From assembly GCA_963725665.1 (NCBI GenBank), contig CAVRZA010000006.1:224001-288000 (forward strand): a DNA stretch of 64,000 bases. Reading direction: 5' to 3'. Shown here in pieces: positions 20,577-30,238 of the stretch. Numbering within the stretch: the first letter of the stretch is position 1; each line of letters begins with the position of its first letter. The DNA is from an uncultured Actinomycetes bacterium. Lineage in GTDB: Bacteria; Actinomycetota; Thermoleophilia; UBA2241. A program made the position numbers and the translations under genes. The notes beneath the pieces are model-generated. The model searched no databases. It saw only the letters and a list, made by a program, of their open reading frames with translations, and was not told where the DNA came from.

Positions 20577-20915
20577 ATGGTTCAGTATCCGCCCCAACTG
20601 GATAGCACCTTCGCGGCCCTCTCGGACCCGACTCGTCGTGGCATCCTCGAGCGCCTCGGGCGTGGAGACGCTTCGATCAGCGAGCTTGCCGCGACCTTCG
20701 GGATGACCCTCACGGGCGTCAAGAAACACGTACGCGTCCTTGAGGGAGCGGGGCTGGTGACCACGGAGAAGGTCGGCCGGGTGCGGTACTGCAGGCTGGG
20801 CCCGCGCCGGCTGGACGATGAGGCAACCTGGATAGCCGCCTACCGGCAGATGCTGGAAGCGAAGCTCGACCGGCTCGCCGACTTCCTCGAGCGGCAGAAA
20901 GGATCGCTGTCATGA
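20577..20915 (+). CDS. ArsR/SmtB family transcriptional regulator (SRPBCC-associated type)
   Basis: FAALSDPTRRGIL...KHVRVLEGAGLV..EKVGR. Confidence 0.9.
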   Translation: MVQYPPQLDSTFAALSDPTRRGILERLGRGDASISELAATFGMTLTGVKKHVRVLEGAGLVTTEKVGRVRYCRLGPRRLDDEATWIAAYRQMLEAKLDRLADFLERQKGSLS

Positions 20916-21415
20916 GCACACCTCTAAGAGAGCCGGAGCCGGAACCGATGGGCCTGGCGACGGTGAGCACCCCGGCGGATCGTGAGATCCGCATCGAGCG
21001 CATCTTCAACGCCCCTCGCGAGCGCGTGTGGCGCGCCTTCACCGACCCCGAGCTGCTGGCGCAGTGGTGGGGCCGCGGCAACAGGCTAGACATCGAGCGC
21101 AATGAGGTCGAGCGCGGTGGCCACTGGCGCTTCGTCGAGCACGGCCCCGAGGGCGTGTCCGGCTTCGAGGGACGCTACCGCGAGGTGACGCCGCCGGAGC
21201 GTATCGTGCAGACCTTCGAGTGGGACGGCATGCCAGGCTACGTCGCGATCAACAGCGCGACCTTCGAGGATCTCGGCGACGGCCGCACGAGGGTCGTCAC
21301 GACGTCGCTGTTCCACACGATCGAGGAGCGCGACGGCATGCTGAGCTCAGGCATGGAGCAGGGCCTCAACCAGAGCTACGCGGCCCTCGACCGACTCCTC
21401 CCAGAGCTGGCATGA
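20912..21415 (+). CDS. SRPBCC / AHSA1-like protein
   Basis: REIRIERIFNAPRERVWRAFTDP, GMEQG...LD. Confidence 0.9.
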   Translation: MSTPLREPEPEPMGLATVSTPADREIRIERIFNAPRERVWRAFTDPELLAQWWGRGNRLDIERNEVERGGHWRFVEHGPEGVSGFEGRYREVTPPERIVQTFEWDGMPGYVAINSATFEDLGDGRTRVVTTSLFHTIEERDGMLSSGMEQGLNQSYAALDRLLPELA

Positions 21416-21809
21416 GGGAACGAACGTACGGCACCGAGGGGCTCCGACTGGAGCCCCTCGGCTTTGAGGCTGCTTGTGCGGCTTGCCATCGGAGACAGCC
21501 TGGAGTACGGGAAGCATCAGCCGGCGGTGCTGGTCGCGGGGCTGGTGTTCGCCAAGTCGTAGTCCGCATGCGTGAGCGCAGCCGCCTGTTGACCAGGGCA
21601 AGCCGAGCGCCGCAGGTGGGCTTCAGTATTCGGCCGGTCGCGGCGACGAGAACGCGGCGGTGAGCGTCTGCTTCACCTTGTGGCTGCCGCACTTTTGGCA
21701 GACCATCCGTGAGAAGGCTGCATGGCGACGACCAACGGTGGCGCACGAGTGCCGTAGTCGTCGGCGCTGCTATCGTACCGTCGTCGAGCAAGAAGGGAGG
21801 AGCTACGCG

Positions 21810-22454
21810 ATGATCGACGTGGTGGTCTGGTCCGACATCGTCTGACCGTGGTGCTTTGTCGGCGTGGAGCGCTGGCGAGCAGCACTGGGACGGCTCGGCG
21901 CGGACTCCGAGGTGTTCATATGGAGATACGGCGCGTTCGAGCTCGACCCGAACGTGCCGCCCGAAGGCATGGATCGCGACGCCTACATGGAGGGCAGGTA
22001 TGACCCGGCCACGGTGAAGGCGATGGGAGAGAGGCTGGCGCAGATCGCCCGCCGGGAGGGTCTGGAGATGGCGGACCCGGCGACGCTGGTGGTCCGCCCC
22101 AACACATTCGCTGCGCACCGGCTGATGACGGCCGCCCTGGGCGCCGGCGTGGGCGTGCAGCAGGCACTCGGCGATGCGCTCTTCGCGGCCTATTGGGGCC
22201 GCAGCGAGGACATCGGCGACCGCGGTGTCCTCGCGGCGGCCGCACGGGCGGCGGGGATGGACGCCGGCGTGTCCGTCGAAGTGCTCGCCGGCGACGCGTT
22301 CGCGACCGACGTGCGCGCCCAGGAGCGCGAGGCCGCGCGGCTGGGCATCCACGCCGTACCGACCTTCGTCTTCGACGGCCGTTCCGGCGTCAGCGGCGCC
22401 CAGGACCCGGCGGTGCTGGCCCAGGTGGCGCGACGGGCGCTGAACGGCGGCTGA
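21810..22454 (+). CDS. DsbA/FrnE family oxidoreductase with in-frame UGA (U-P-W-C); predicted selenoprotein
   Basis: RBS GGGAGG, MIDVVVWSDIV*PWCFVG (TGA 21843-21845), FELDP, NTFAAHRL, GIHAVPTFVF, SGAQ; hairpin directly after UGA. Confidence 0.85.
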
Positions 22455-22519
22455 CCGGCCAGGCGCGAATCTCGAGGGGGTGTGACGGAGCAACAACCGG
22501 ATGCGACCGCTGGCGTAAG

Positions 22520-22682
22520 CTGGGAACCAGCCACCTGCATCACCCTCGAGGCTGCGCGCCCAATAGCCGCCCGCCGAGCCGGCCATGCCCTGCAGCATCG
22601 CAACACCCCTCTCAGCGATCATCACGAGCGCCTCGTCCGCCCGGTCCGGCTTGATCTTGACCCGTCCGATGACTGCGTGCAT
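22520..22682 (-). pseudogene. truncated N-terminus of an ABM-like / hypothetical protein
   Basis: RBS AGGAG then MHAVIGRVKIKPDRADEAL...GGYWARS, after which the frame degenerates. Confidence 0.4.
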
Positions 22683-22725
22683 CGGTCTCCTTCCGGCTAC
22701 TCACGTTTCGTGAATGCTCATCCTC

Positions 22726-24207
22726 TAGACGCTATGGCGGTTCTTTGACCGCCGAGCTTGCTGACGAAGGCCGGACCCTGTTCGCATATCTCGGGGGTTT
22801 GTCTGGCCGGAGACGAGCTCCGGCTGACCCCATACGAAGGGAGGGTCCGACCATGACCACGTTGACATGGGTTGGGTTGGATGTCCACGCCCGCTCCGTC
22901 GAAGCCGCTGCTCTGGACGCCCTGACGGGCGAGATCAGGCGAGCTCGCTTTGGTGGCAGTGCGGAGCCGGTCGTTGAGTGGCTTGCCAGGCTGCCCGCTC
23001 CGGTGCACGCTTGCTACGAGGCGGGACCGACGGGCTACGGCCTCTACCGAGCCGCTCAGCGGGCCGGTATTGAGGTCGATGTCGTCGCCCCCAGCAAGAC
23101 GCCCCGGGCCAGTGGCGACCGCGTCAAGAGCGACCGCAAGGACGCCCAGCTGCTCGTGCGCCTGCTCTCTGCCGGCGCGCTCACCGTTGTCAGCGTGCCG
23201 CCGCCCACCTTGGAGGCCGCCCGCGACCTGGCGCGGGCTCGCGAGCAGCTGCGAGGCGACCTCATGCGCGCCCGCCACCGCGTCTCCAAGCTGCTTCTGC
23301 GTCACGGCCGCCTCTATGAGCGCCAGAGCAGCACCTGGACGCAGGCGCACCATCGCTGGCTTGCCGCCCAGCGCTTCGATGAGCCGGCGACCGAGCTCGC
23401 CTACCTCGACTCCCTGGCCGCCGTGGACGGCCTTATCGCGCGCAAGGCGGCCCTCGAGGAGCGCCTCTCGCAGCTGGCCGTGGCGCCCGAGATCTGGCCC
23501 ACGGTGGCCCGCCTGCGCGCCTTCCGCGGCATCGACACCCTCTCGGCCCTGGTGCTGCACCTGGAGGTGTGCGACTGGGGGCGCTTCGCGCGCGCCCCGC
23601 AGCTGGCCGCCTGGCTGGGCCTGGTGCCCTCGCTGTGCCAATCGGGCGAGAGCGCCACACAGGGGGCGATCACCAAGACCGGCTCGCGCTACGCCCGCCG
23701 CATCCTGGTCGAGGCCGCCTGGCACTACGCCCGCCCACCGCGCATCGGCGCCACCCTGACCAATCGCCAGCAGGGCCAGCCCGACCACGTGCTGCAGATC
23801 GCCTGGCGGGCCCAGCTCCGCCTGTGGCACCTGCAGCGGCGCCTTGCGCAGCGCGGCAAACCGGCCAACGTGGTGACGGTCGCCCTGGCACGCGAGCTGG
23901 CCTGCTTCTTGTGGGCGGCAGCCGTGGCCCCCTAAGGGCGGCTGATCGACCCCCCGTTCGGAGGGCAGGCGTCGGGCCGGCAGTCTGCCGGCATGCGCGA
24001 CCGTACTATGGGCAGCCGCAAGGCAGCACCCGTTCCTAGAGAAGCGCCAAGCCGGTGACGAAGTAGCGCACCGGGGTAGCCAACCCCCGCATATCAGATT
24101 GACCGACCGTCGTATCCGCGCCCGGCGCCTGCCATCCGAACTCCTCGCTACCCGCGTCGAACGGGAGGTTCAGCCCTGCCTGCTTGACAGGATGAGCGCC
24201 ATATCAG
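22726..24207 (+). mobile_element. IS110 family element (IS1111-like); ends approximate
   Basis: Subterminal IR TATGGCG (22733-22739) / CGCCATA (24197-24203); TTGACA at the right end; ~270 bp non-coding region after the transposase. Confidence 0.8.
22853..23935 (+). CDS. IS110 family transposase
   Basis: VGLDVH, YEAGPTG, KSDRKDA, GLVP...QSG...G.ITKTG, ARELA. Confidence 0.95.
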   Translation: MTTLTWVGLDVHARSVEAAALDALTGEIRRARFGGSAEPVVEWLARLPAPVHACYEAGPTGYGLYRAAQRAGIEVDVVAPSKTPRASGDRVKSDRKDAQLLVRLLSAGALTVVSVPPPTLEAARDLARAREQLRGDLMRARHRVSKLLLRHGRLYERQSSTWTQAHHRWLAAQRFDEPATELAYLDSLAAVDGLIARKAALEERLSQLAVAPEIWPTVARLRAFRGIDTLSALVLHLEVCDWGRFARAPQLAAWLGLVPSLCQSGESATQGAITKTGSRYARRILVEAAWHYARPPRIGATLTNRQQGQPDHVLQIAWRAQLRLWHLQRRLAQRGKPANVVTVALARELACFLWAAAVAP

Positions 24208-24284
24208 TACGACGTCGCTGTCGGGCGCCACAGCTCGACGCCGCCTCCCAGCAAGAGAGAGCTCGCGCTGCCGCTGAAGGCAGG

Positions 24285-24635
24285 CTAGGGCTCGGCGAGC
24301 GGCTTGCTGAGAACCCAGAACTCCTTGAAGTCGGGCGTTAGGTGCCAGGTCGTCGTCGCTCCCTCGGGCAGCGACGCCATGGCGCCCGGCTTCAGCTCCA
24401 GCGTCGGGCCGCCCTCGATCTCGATGCGGGCCCGCCCTTCGAGGACCAGAATGGCCTCGCGGGCCGGCAGCGTCCAGCGCACGGGGTCAGGCGTCAAGCC
24501 GGCAAGCGGTCGCCATAGCCCGGCCTGGAACTCGGTATCGGCGCACAGGACATGCACCTCACCGGGTGGGTCCGAATCCCGCTCCCAGGTCTCCGTCAGG
24601 GTGCTCGACGAGTAGACTCCGGGTCCGACTTCCAT
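24285..24635 (-). CDS. cupin domain protein (DUF861/EutQ-like)
   Basis: AGLW...EAILVLEGRA...LKPG.MASLP.G..TTW; RBS GGAGGG. Confidence 0.8.
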   Translation of the reverse strand: MEVGPGVYSSSTLTETWERDSDPPGEVHVLCADTEFQAGLWRPLAGLTPDPVRWTLPAREAILVLEGRARIEIEGGPTLELKPGAMASLPEGATTTWHLTPDFKEFWVLSKPLAEP

Positions 24636-25192
24636 GCTGCTCCCCTCCGTTAACAACGACGCCACCACGCAGCACCAACGCGGCGCTCCTCGCCTGCTGA
24701 CATTGCCGTACCTGCGGCCCTTCCCGTTGTGAGAGAGCCGCGAACCGTTGTGTTGGATGCAGATGTCGCTGTCGCGCGCGCCTGTGGTCCAATCGATTCG
24801 CGCGAAGGCGAGCGTGCCGGCGACGGTGGGCCGCCCACGACGGTCAGCATCTCGAGGTCGGTCTGCTTGATGAGCCTCATGACGTCGCGGAGAATCCTCA
24901 AAGGCGGAGGCCGTCGACACGGAGGAAAATGCTCGAGCAGCGGAGGCGACCTTCAACCAGCTCCGCAACATGCCCGATGCGCCAGCGACGTTCGTCAGCG
25001 TCGATGTTTGTGAGGTTGTCGGGCACGCTTAGGACTGCCGTCGGAAGCGCGCTCATCTCGCCGGCTCGTTCACTGTGACCAGGGGTGGGAAGGCATGATC
25101 TGCCGTCCCGTGTCGGCACGAATGTCGGCATTCCGGGCTTGAAGGCGAGAGGCAGCCGCCAGCCGAAAGCGCCAGGTGCAGGAGGAAAGGCT

Positions 25193-25226
25193 TGGAGGCG
25201 GCGACCGGAGTCGAACCGGTGATGGA
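25193..25226 (-). repeat. tRNA-Cys 3' end fragment (34 bp), att-like
   Basis: Identical to 18032-18065 and 58548-58581. Confidence 0.88.
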
Positions 25227-25687
25227 CGAGCTCTTCTCGCATCCCCTCGATGCGCTGCGCTACCTGCTCCTAAACCTGCCGGGGCCGGGCACCTCCCCCT
25301 ACACGGTGCCGGAGCCCTCGCCCGGTCCTTTGTCGGGGCTGTACGGGCGCGAGTGGTGAACGCCGCGAGCTCGCCACCTTTGCCTGCGCTGCTCCCCCCG
25401 GGGCTCATGCCGCCTAATTCCTGTGGTGGAGGACTCTCAAGGACGTGACTCCAATTCCGGAGGTCGCCAGACCTCGCCGCCCCCTCAGCTCACTGCAGGA
25501 GAGGCTGCATGGTGACCGAGATATCCCGCGCGAGCGCCAGGCCGGCCGCAGCGACGCCTCCCCTCTCAGACCCATGGCTCGCGCGACGAGCCGACCTCAT
25601 CGCTTTCATCCAGCGGGACAATCGCGAGGGACGTCCACGAGTTGGGCCTGCTCGGGCCGGGCCGGTCTCGCCCACAGAGTGCCGCTG

Positions 25688-26041
25688 TTATGCGGGCTCA
25701 ACGGCATCCTTCGAGATCTCGATGACGACCTCTTTCGGCAGAGCGAGTCCTGCGGCGACCTGCATGGCCTTGAAGACGCCCACGGGGACGGCGCAGCCCG
25801 AGCAGCAGCCATGAAGATGCTCGCGCACGATGGGCATGAGGGCGCCCTCGGTGCGCGGGTCGATCTCATCGTAGGCGTCGAATGCGCCGTGCTCGCGGAT
25901 CGCGTCCGCTAGGCCGGCGATCGTCTCGCAGTCCGAATCCAGGGCCAGATCCACCCGGCGACCGCGTTCGGATGTGGCTGCCACCGAGGTGGTGAAGCCG
26001 CAGATGCCGGCCTCGATATGAGCATGCGCACGCGTCTCCAT
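25688..26041 (-). CDS. DUF6951-like Cys-rich protein
   Basis: AGICGF, SDC, CCSGCAVP.G..KA.QVAAGLALP. Confidence 0.75.
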   Translation of the reverse strand: METRAHAHIEAGICGFTTSVAATSERGRRVDLALDSDCETIAGLADAIREHGAFDAYDEIDPRTEGALMPIVREHLHGCCSGCAVPVGVFKAMQVAAGLALPKEVVIEISKDAVEPA

Positions 26042-26130
26042 CACGACCCTCCGGGGATCAGTTCGGTCTAGTTCAAGGGGCACCGCACGTGACTCACTGT
26101 CTTGCCCGCGCCACGATACCCCGTCCGCAG

Positions 26131-26937
26131 TCAGTCTTCGCAGGCTTCAGCCACGCCGAGGCCAGCGCAGATGGCGAAGAAGGCGTCCTTCAGGTCGGCG
26201 CGCTCGCCCGCGAACACCGGCACGCAACCGCGCGGGTCGGCGTCGCCGCGCCACACCGACCAGGCGAAGGCCATGCAGGCCGCCTCGCCGCACTGACCGC
26301 AGTTGGTGCCCGGCAGGCGCTTGTAGATCTCGAGCGCCGGCGGCCGGCGACGCAGTTCGAACGAGGGCGTGATCTCTCCGCGGCGCGCCCACACGTCGTT
26401 GGCGAGACAGCGCACGCGCTCGAGGCTCGCCCAGGCGTCCACGATGTCGTCTGCCTTGGCGATCCCGATGCGGTCGCGAAAGAGCGACACCATGCGGTGA
26501 CCATCCATGAAGGTGAACACCGGCATGGTGGCCACATACGAGCCATGCCCGACGTCCGCGTTCAGGTACGGCAGGACCTCGGCGACATCACCGGAGAAGT
26601 GCGCGATCAGGCGCAGGCGAGCGGAATCGGCGATGCATGTCGCCAGCACGACGATCGCGACGCGGCCGACGATGTCCTCAGCAAACGCTCGTGGCGCCGT
26701 CTCGGGGACGCCGTCCGCGGCCGGCCGGTAGTCGACCCAGCCGGCGTTCACGATATCGACGCCGCCGCTTTCCATGAACGCTGCCCTGGCCTCGGCGGTG
26801 AGCAGCAGGGCCGGAGAAGCCACGGCTGCATAGGCTGGATCGGGAGAGACCACCGAGTGCGTCGCTCCGAGCCGCGCGAGCAGCGCTACCGCGCGTTCGA
26901 ACTCGTTGCGGTCACCGAACGTGGTCAGCGTGTCCAT
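26131..26937 (-). CDS. (Fe-S)-binding protein with C-terminal putative Fe-S domain
   Basis: CIAD...VLPYLNA and LPGTNCGQCGEAACMAFA...C. Confidence 0.82.
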   Translation of the reverse strand: MDTLTTFGDRNEFERAVALLARLGATHSVVSPDPAYAAVASPALLLTAEARAAFMESGGVDIVNAGWVDYRPAADGVPETAPRAFAEDIVGRVAIVVLATCIADSARLRLIAHFSGDVAEVLPYLNADVGHGSYVATMPVFTFMDGHRMVSLFRDRIGIAKADDIVDAWASLERVRCLANDVWARRGEITPSFELRRRPPALEIYKRLPGTNCGQCGEAACMAFAWSVWRGDADPRGCVPVFAGERADLKDAFFAICAGLGVAEACED

Positions 26938-26955
26938 GTCACCTCTCGCCCCACG

Positions 26956-27696
26956 TCAAGATGCTGGTGGACCGGCGAAGCTCGTGATCAGTGACGTCGC
27001 CGCCATCTCGACGAGTAGCCGCTCGTAGTCGTACGGCACGCGCACGAACTCGACGAAGCCATCGGCCCCGTGCAGCCGTGACGGGTGGATGATCGCGTAG
27101 CACACCCGCCAGTCGCCGTCCTTGGGACGCCCTGCGCTACCGACGTTCACGAAGGTGGTCTCGCCCACCCGGCGGGCATACGGCACGTGCGTGTGCCCGA
27201 ACAGGATGGCCGGGTACGGGTATGCACGCGCCATGCGCTCCATCGCGGAGGCCGGGCGGTTCTCGAAGAGGTACTCGTTGATGCGGCGCGGACTCCCATG
27301 AACGGCGAGGATGTCGCCGCCGGGGGTCTGCAGAACGAAATGATCCTCAAGCGTGCGGAGGAACGCCTTGACCTCGTCGCTGACGGCGCTCTGTGTCCAC
27401 GCCAGGGAGGCCGCTCCCTCGGCGCGCTGCTCGTCGGTCTTGTACACGCAGCCGCAGTCGCCGGTCTCGAAGCCGATGCCCTGGTCGTAGTTGCCCATGA
27501 GCGACGGGATGCCCGAGTCGCGAACCAGCAGGGCGACCTCGTTGGGCGAGGGTCCGTAGCCGACGAGGTCGCCCAGGCACAGCGTCTGCGCGACGCCGCG
27601 GCCCTCGATATCGGCAAGGATGGCCTCGAGCGCCGGCAGATTGCCGTGGACGTCAGAGAACACGGCGAACGGCTGCTCGATCTGGATGGTCTTCAC
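26956..27696 (-). CDS. metallophosphoesterase family protein
   Basis: SDVHGN, GDLVGYG, GNYD, HGSP, GHTH, NVGS; extra DCGC motif. Confidence 0.9.
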   Translation of the reverse strand: MKTIQIEQPFAVFSDVHGNLPALEAILADIEGRGVAQTLCLGDLVGYGPSPNEVALLVRDSGIPSLMGNYDQGIGFETGDCGCVYKTDEQRAEGAASLAWTQSAVSDEVKAFLRTLEDHFVLQTPGGDILAVHGSPRRINEYLFENRPASAMERMARAYPYPAILFGHTHVPYARRVGETTFVNVGSAGRPKDGDWRVCYAIIHPSRLHGADGFVEFVRVPYDYERLLVEMAATSLITSFAGPPAS

Positions 27697-27715
27697 GTGG
27701 CCTGCCTCTCAGTGG

Positions 27716-29464
27716 TCACGAACGCGTGGCTGACAGTGGCAATGCGCGCGCTTCAGCTCGCGTCGCTTCCGTCGCCCAGGGCTCGAGCACCACGTCGCCG
27801 GCATGCGCTACAAGCTCGCGCAGATGCGGGCCCTCGTGAGCGCGGCGTGAGAGCAACACCGGGTCGGTCACTGCGAGCGGTATCAGGCTCTGATTCACGA
27901 CCCAGGCGAACGGCTGGATGCCGGCGCGGGCCAAGTCGCCCTCGAGCTGCATCGCCTCGTGGATCGGAGTGGCCTCCGGAAGGGTGACCAGGATGACGCT
28001 AGTGAACGTCGCGTCACGCAGGCGCGGCAACAGCTTCTGAACGGCCTCGGGGCTGCCACTGGCCTTGCGTAGCACCTCGCGATGATACGCCTCGGCCGCG
28101 TCGAGGAGCAGCAGGGTGTGGCCGGTCGGCGCCGTGTCGATGACGACGAACTGCTCGCTGCCTTGAGCGACGGTCTCGGCGAAGGCCCGGAAGACCGCTA
28201 TCTCCTCCGTGCATGGTGAGCGCAGATCCTCTTCGAGCAGTGCCAGGCCTTGGGCGTCAAGACCCGGGCCGACTGAGGCGAGCACTTCCTCGCGGTAGCG
28301 CCTCGTCTCAAGTGCCGGATCGATGCGTGTCACGCGAAGCGTCTCCGGCCTCTCGCCGACCGCTTCTTCGACGTGCGCCGCGGGATCGGTCGTCGTCAGC
28401 GTGACGCTGAAGCCTCGTCGAGCCACCTCGGTCGCTATGCGAGCTGCGACAGTCGTCTTGCCGACGCCGCCTTTGCCCATCGTCATGACGACGCCCTTGC
28501 GATGAGCAGCCAGCTTCTCCACGAGGTCGGCGAGGCTGTCGCCGTGGAAGCCGTTCGAGAAGACCGCATCGGCCACGGGAGCAGCAGGAGCGTCCTTGCC
28601 CATGTTCCTCAGCGCGTCGATGCCGACGAGGTCAAAGGGCAGGAGCGGCACCTCCACGCGGGCAAGTCCGCGAAGCTGCCAAGGCATGGCCGCGAGCGCT
28701 GCCTCGCCGCGAGCCTGCATCGAGAGTGCGGTCGCATCGCTCGGGTCGGCCGCCCGGAACACCCCGTTGACGATCAGCCGGACATTGACGATCCCGAGCT
28801 GGGCCAGTTCGTCCCGCGTGCGCTCAGCCTCGCGCAGCGAGGAGCGCTCCGGTCGCGCCACCAGGACGAGGGTCGTCCGCCTTGCGTCGCGCAGCGCGGC
28901 GTTGGTCGCGGCATACAGGTGCTTCTGCGCCTCCAGTCCGACGAGCGGACCCAGACACGACGTGCCGCCCACGTTCGTCTCGATGAAGTCGGACCAGGCC
29001 GCCGGCAGCTCCAGCAGGCGCAGAGTGTGCCCGGTGGGGGCGGCGTCGAAGACCACGTAGGCGAACGCCGCGGTCGCGGCCTCGTCTCCGAGCAGCTTGG
29101 AAAACTCGTCGAAGGCGGCGATCTCTACCGTGCAGGCTCCCGAGAGCTGTTCCTCGATGCTCGCCACCGCGGCCTCCGGCAGTACGCCGCGATAGGGGCC
29201 GACCACGCGCTCACGGTAGTCGCGGGCGGCCGCCTCGGGATCGATGTTGAGGGCCGACAATCGCGGGACCCGCGGAACCTGTCTCGGCGTCCCGGAGAGT
29301 CCGACGCCGAGCACCTCGTCGAGGTTCGACGCCGGGTCGGTGCTGACCAGGAGCACACGGCTGCCGACATCAGCGAGGTCGATGGCCGTGGCGCAAGCGA
29401 TCGACGTCTTGCCGGCGCCGCCTTTGCCGGTGAAGAACAGGATCGGCGTGGGACAGTCGATCAC
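27716..29464 (-). CDS. arsA: arsenical pump-driving ATPase
   Basis: Two deviant Walker A motifs (GKGGAGKTS, GKGGVGKTT), SGACT, SCLGP, SPCTEE, DTAPTGHT. Confidence 0.95.
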   Translation of the reverse strand: MIDCPTPILFFTGKGGAGKTSIACATAIDLADVGSRVLLVSTDPASNLDEVLGVGLSGTPRQVPRVPRLSALNIDPEAAARDYRERVVGPYRGVLPEAAVASIEEQLSGACTVEIAAFDEFSKLLGDEAATAAFAYVVFDAAPTGHTLRLLELPAAWSDFIETNVGGTSCLGPLVGLEAQKHLYAATNAALRDARRTTLVLVARPERSSLREAERTRDELAQLGIVNVRLIVNGVFRAADPSDATALSMQARGEAALAAMPWQLRGLARVEVPLLPFDLVGIDALRNMGKDAPAAPVADAVFSNGFHGDSLADLVEKLAAHRKGVVMTMGKGGVGKTTVAARIATEVARRGFSVTLTTTDPAAHVEEAVGERPETLRVTRIDPALETRRYREEVLASVGPGLDAQGLALLEEDLRSPCTEEIAVFRAFAETVAQGSEQFVVIDTAPTGHTLLLLDAAEAYHREVLRKASGSPEAVQKLLPRLRDATFTSVILVTLPEATPIHEAMQLEGDLARAGIQPFAWVVNQSLIPLAVTDPVLLSRRAHEGPHLRELVAHAGDVVLEPWATEATRAEARALPLSATRS

Positions 29465-29480
29465 GGTGTCTCCCCGCCCG

Positions 29481-30116
29481 TCAGCAGCATCCGCCGGCCT
29501 TCGCCTCTGGCTGTGCCCCGCCGCAACAAGAGCTGGCCGCAGTCGCCGACGCCTGCGGCGCTTCGGCCACGGCCTCGTCGGCGTCGCCTTCGGACTTCAG
29601 GTAGCGATCGGCGAGATTGAGGATCGACTGAGCCGGCGTGTCCTTGACTCCTCGAGCGGTCGTGACCGCACATGCCATGTCCTCGCGCGAGACGCCCAGC
29701 TTCCGCGCGGCGGCGTAGTGGAACTTGAAGCAGGGCTCGCAGTTGGAGGCGATTGCAGCACCGATGGCCACGAGCTCGGCGACCGCATCAGTGAAGAGAC
29801 TCGCGGCGGGTGCTCCGACGCCAGCCCAGACGGCGAGTTCGTCGCGCGTTGGGTAGATGCCGCGGCTCTTGACGTCGCCGTCGACCTGCACCAGTGGCAG
29901 CGCCGCTTCGCCGGCATCCTCGAGGGCGCCTTTCGCGGCCGCGTTCTCGGCGAACGCGCGCGGCTCCTGGGCGAGGTTGAAGCGCTCGACCGAGACCCCC
30001 TGGTTCTTCAGCCAGTCGAGGTCGGCGGCAAAGCGCACCAGCTGCGGGTCGACCGAAGGCCCGCAGACTCCCGTTGAGCAGCACATGGCAGGGTCGAACA
30101 CTTGCACGAGCGTCAC
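29481..30116 (-). CDS. arsD: arsenite metallochaperone ArsD fused to a CMD/AhpD-like domain
   Basis: DPAMCCSTGVCGP N-terminus; C-terminal ELVAIGAAIASNCEPC..H; CC tails. Confidence 0.9.
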   Translation of the reverse strand: MTLVQVFDPAMCCSTGVCGPSVDPQLVRFAADLDWLKNQGVSVERFNLAQEPRAFAENAAAKGALEDAGEAALPLVQVDGDVKSRGIYPTRDELAVWAGVGAPAASLFTDAVAELVAIGAAIASNCEPCFKFHYAAARKLGVSREDMACAVTTARGVKDTPAQSILNLADRYLKSEGDADEAVAEAPQASATAASSCCGGAQPEAKAGGCC

Positions 30117-30145
30117 GACGACCTCCTCGTCTTGATGGAGAGCAA

Positions 30146-30190
30146 TTTATATAAAACTAGCTTGACCATAAACAGAAGTCAATGTAGCCT
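30146..30190. promoter_or_regulatory. overlapping divergent sigma70-type promoters with an inverted-repeat operator
   Basis: + strand TTGACC(30162)-17-TAGCCT(30185); - strand TTGACT(30182)-17-TAGTTT(30159); IR TTGAC-N11-GTCAA at 30162-30182. Confidence 0.7.
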
Positions 30191-30238
30191 CAACGGTAGG
30201 GATTCTGACAGGCACGCGCTTCGAGGAGGAGTCACTCA

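Noticed and set aside
24640-25100. Possible gene remnants between the cupin gene and the tRNA-Cys fragment
   Set aside because: No frame with recognisable motifs
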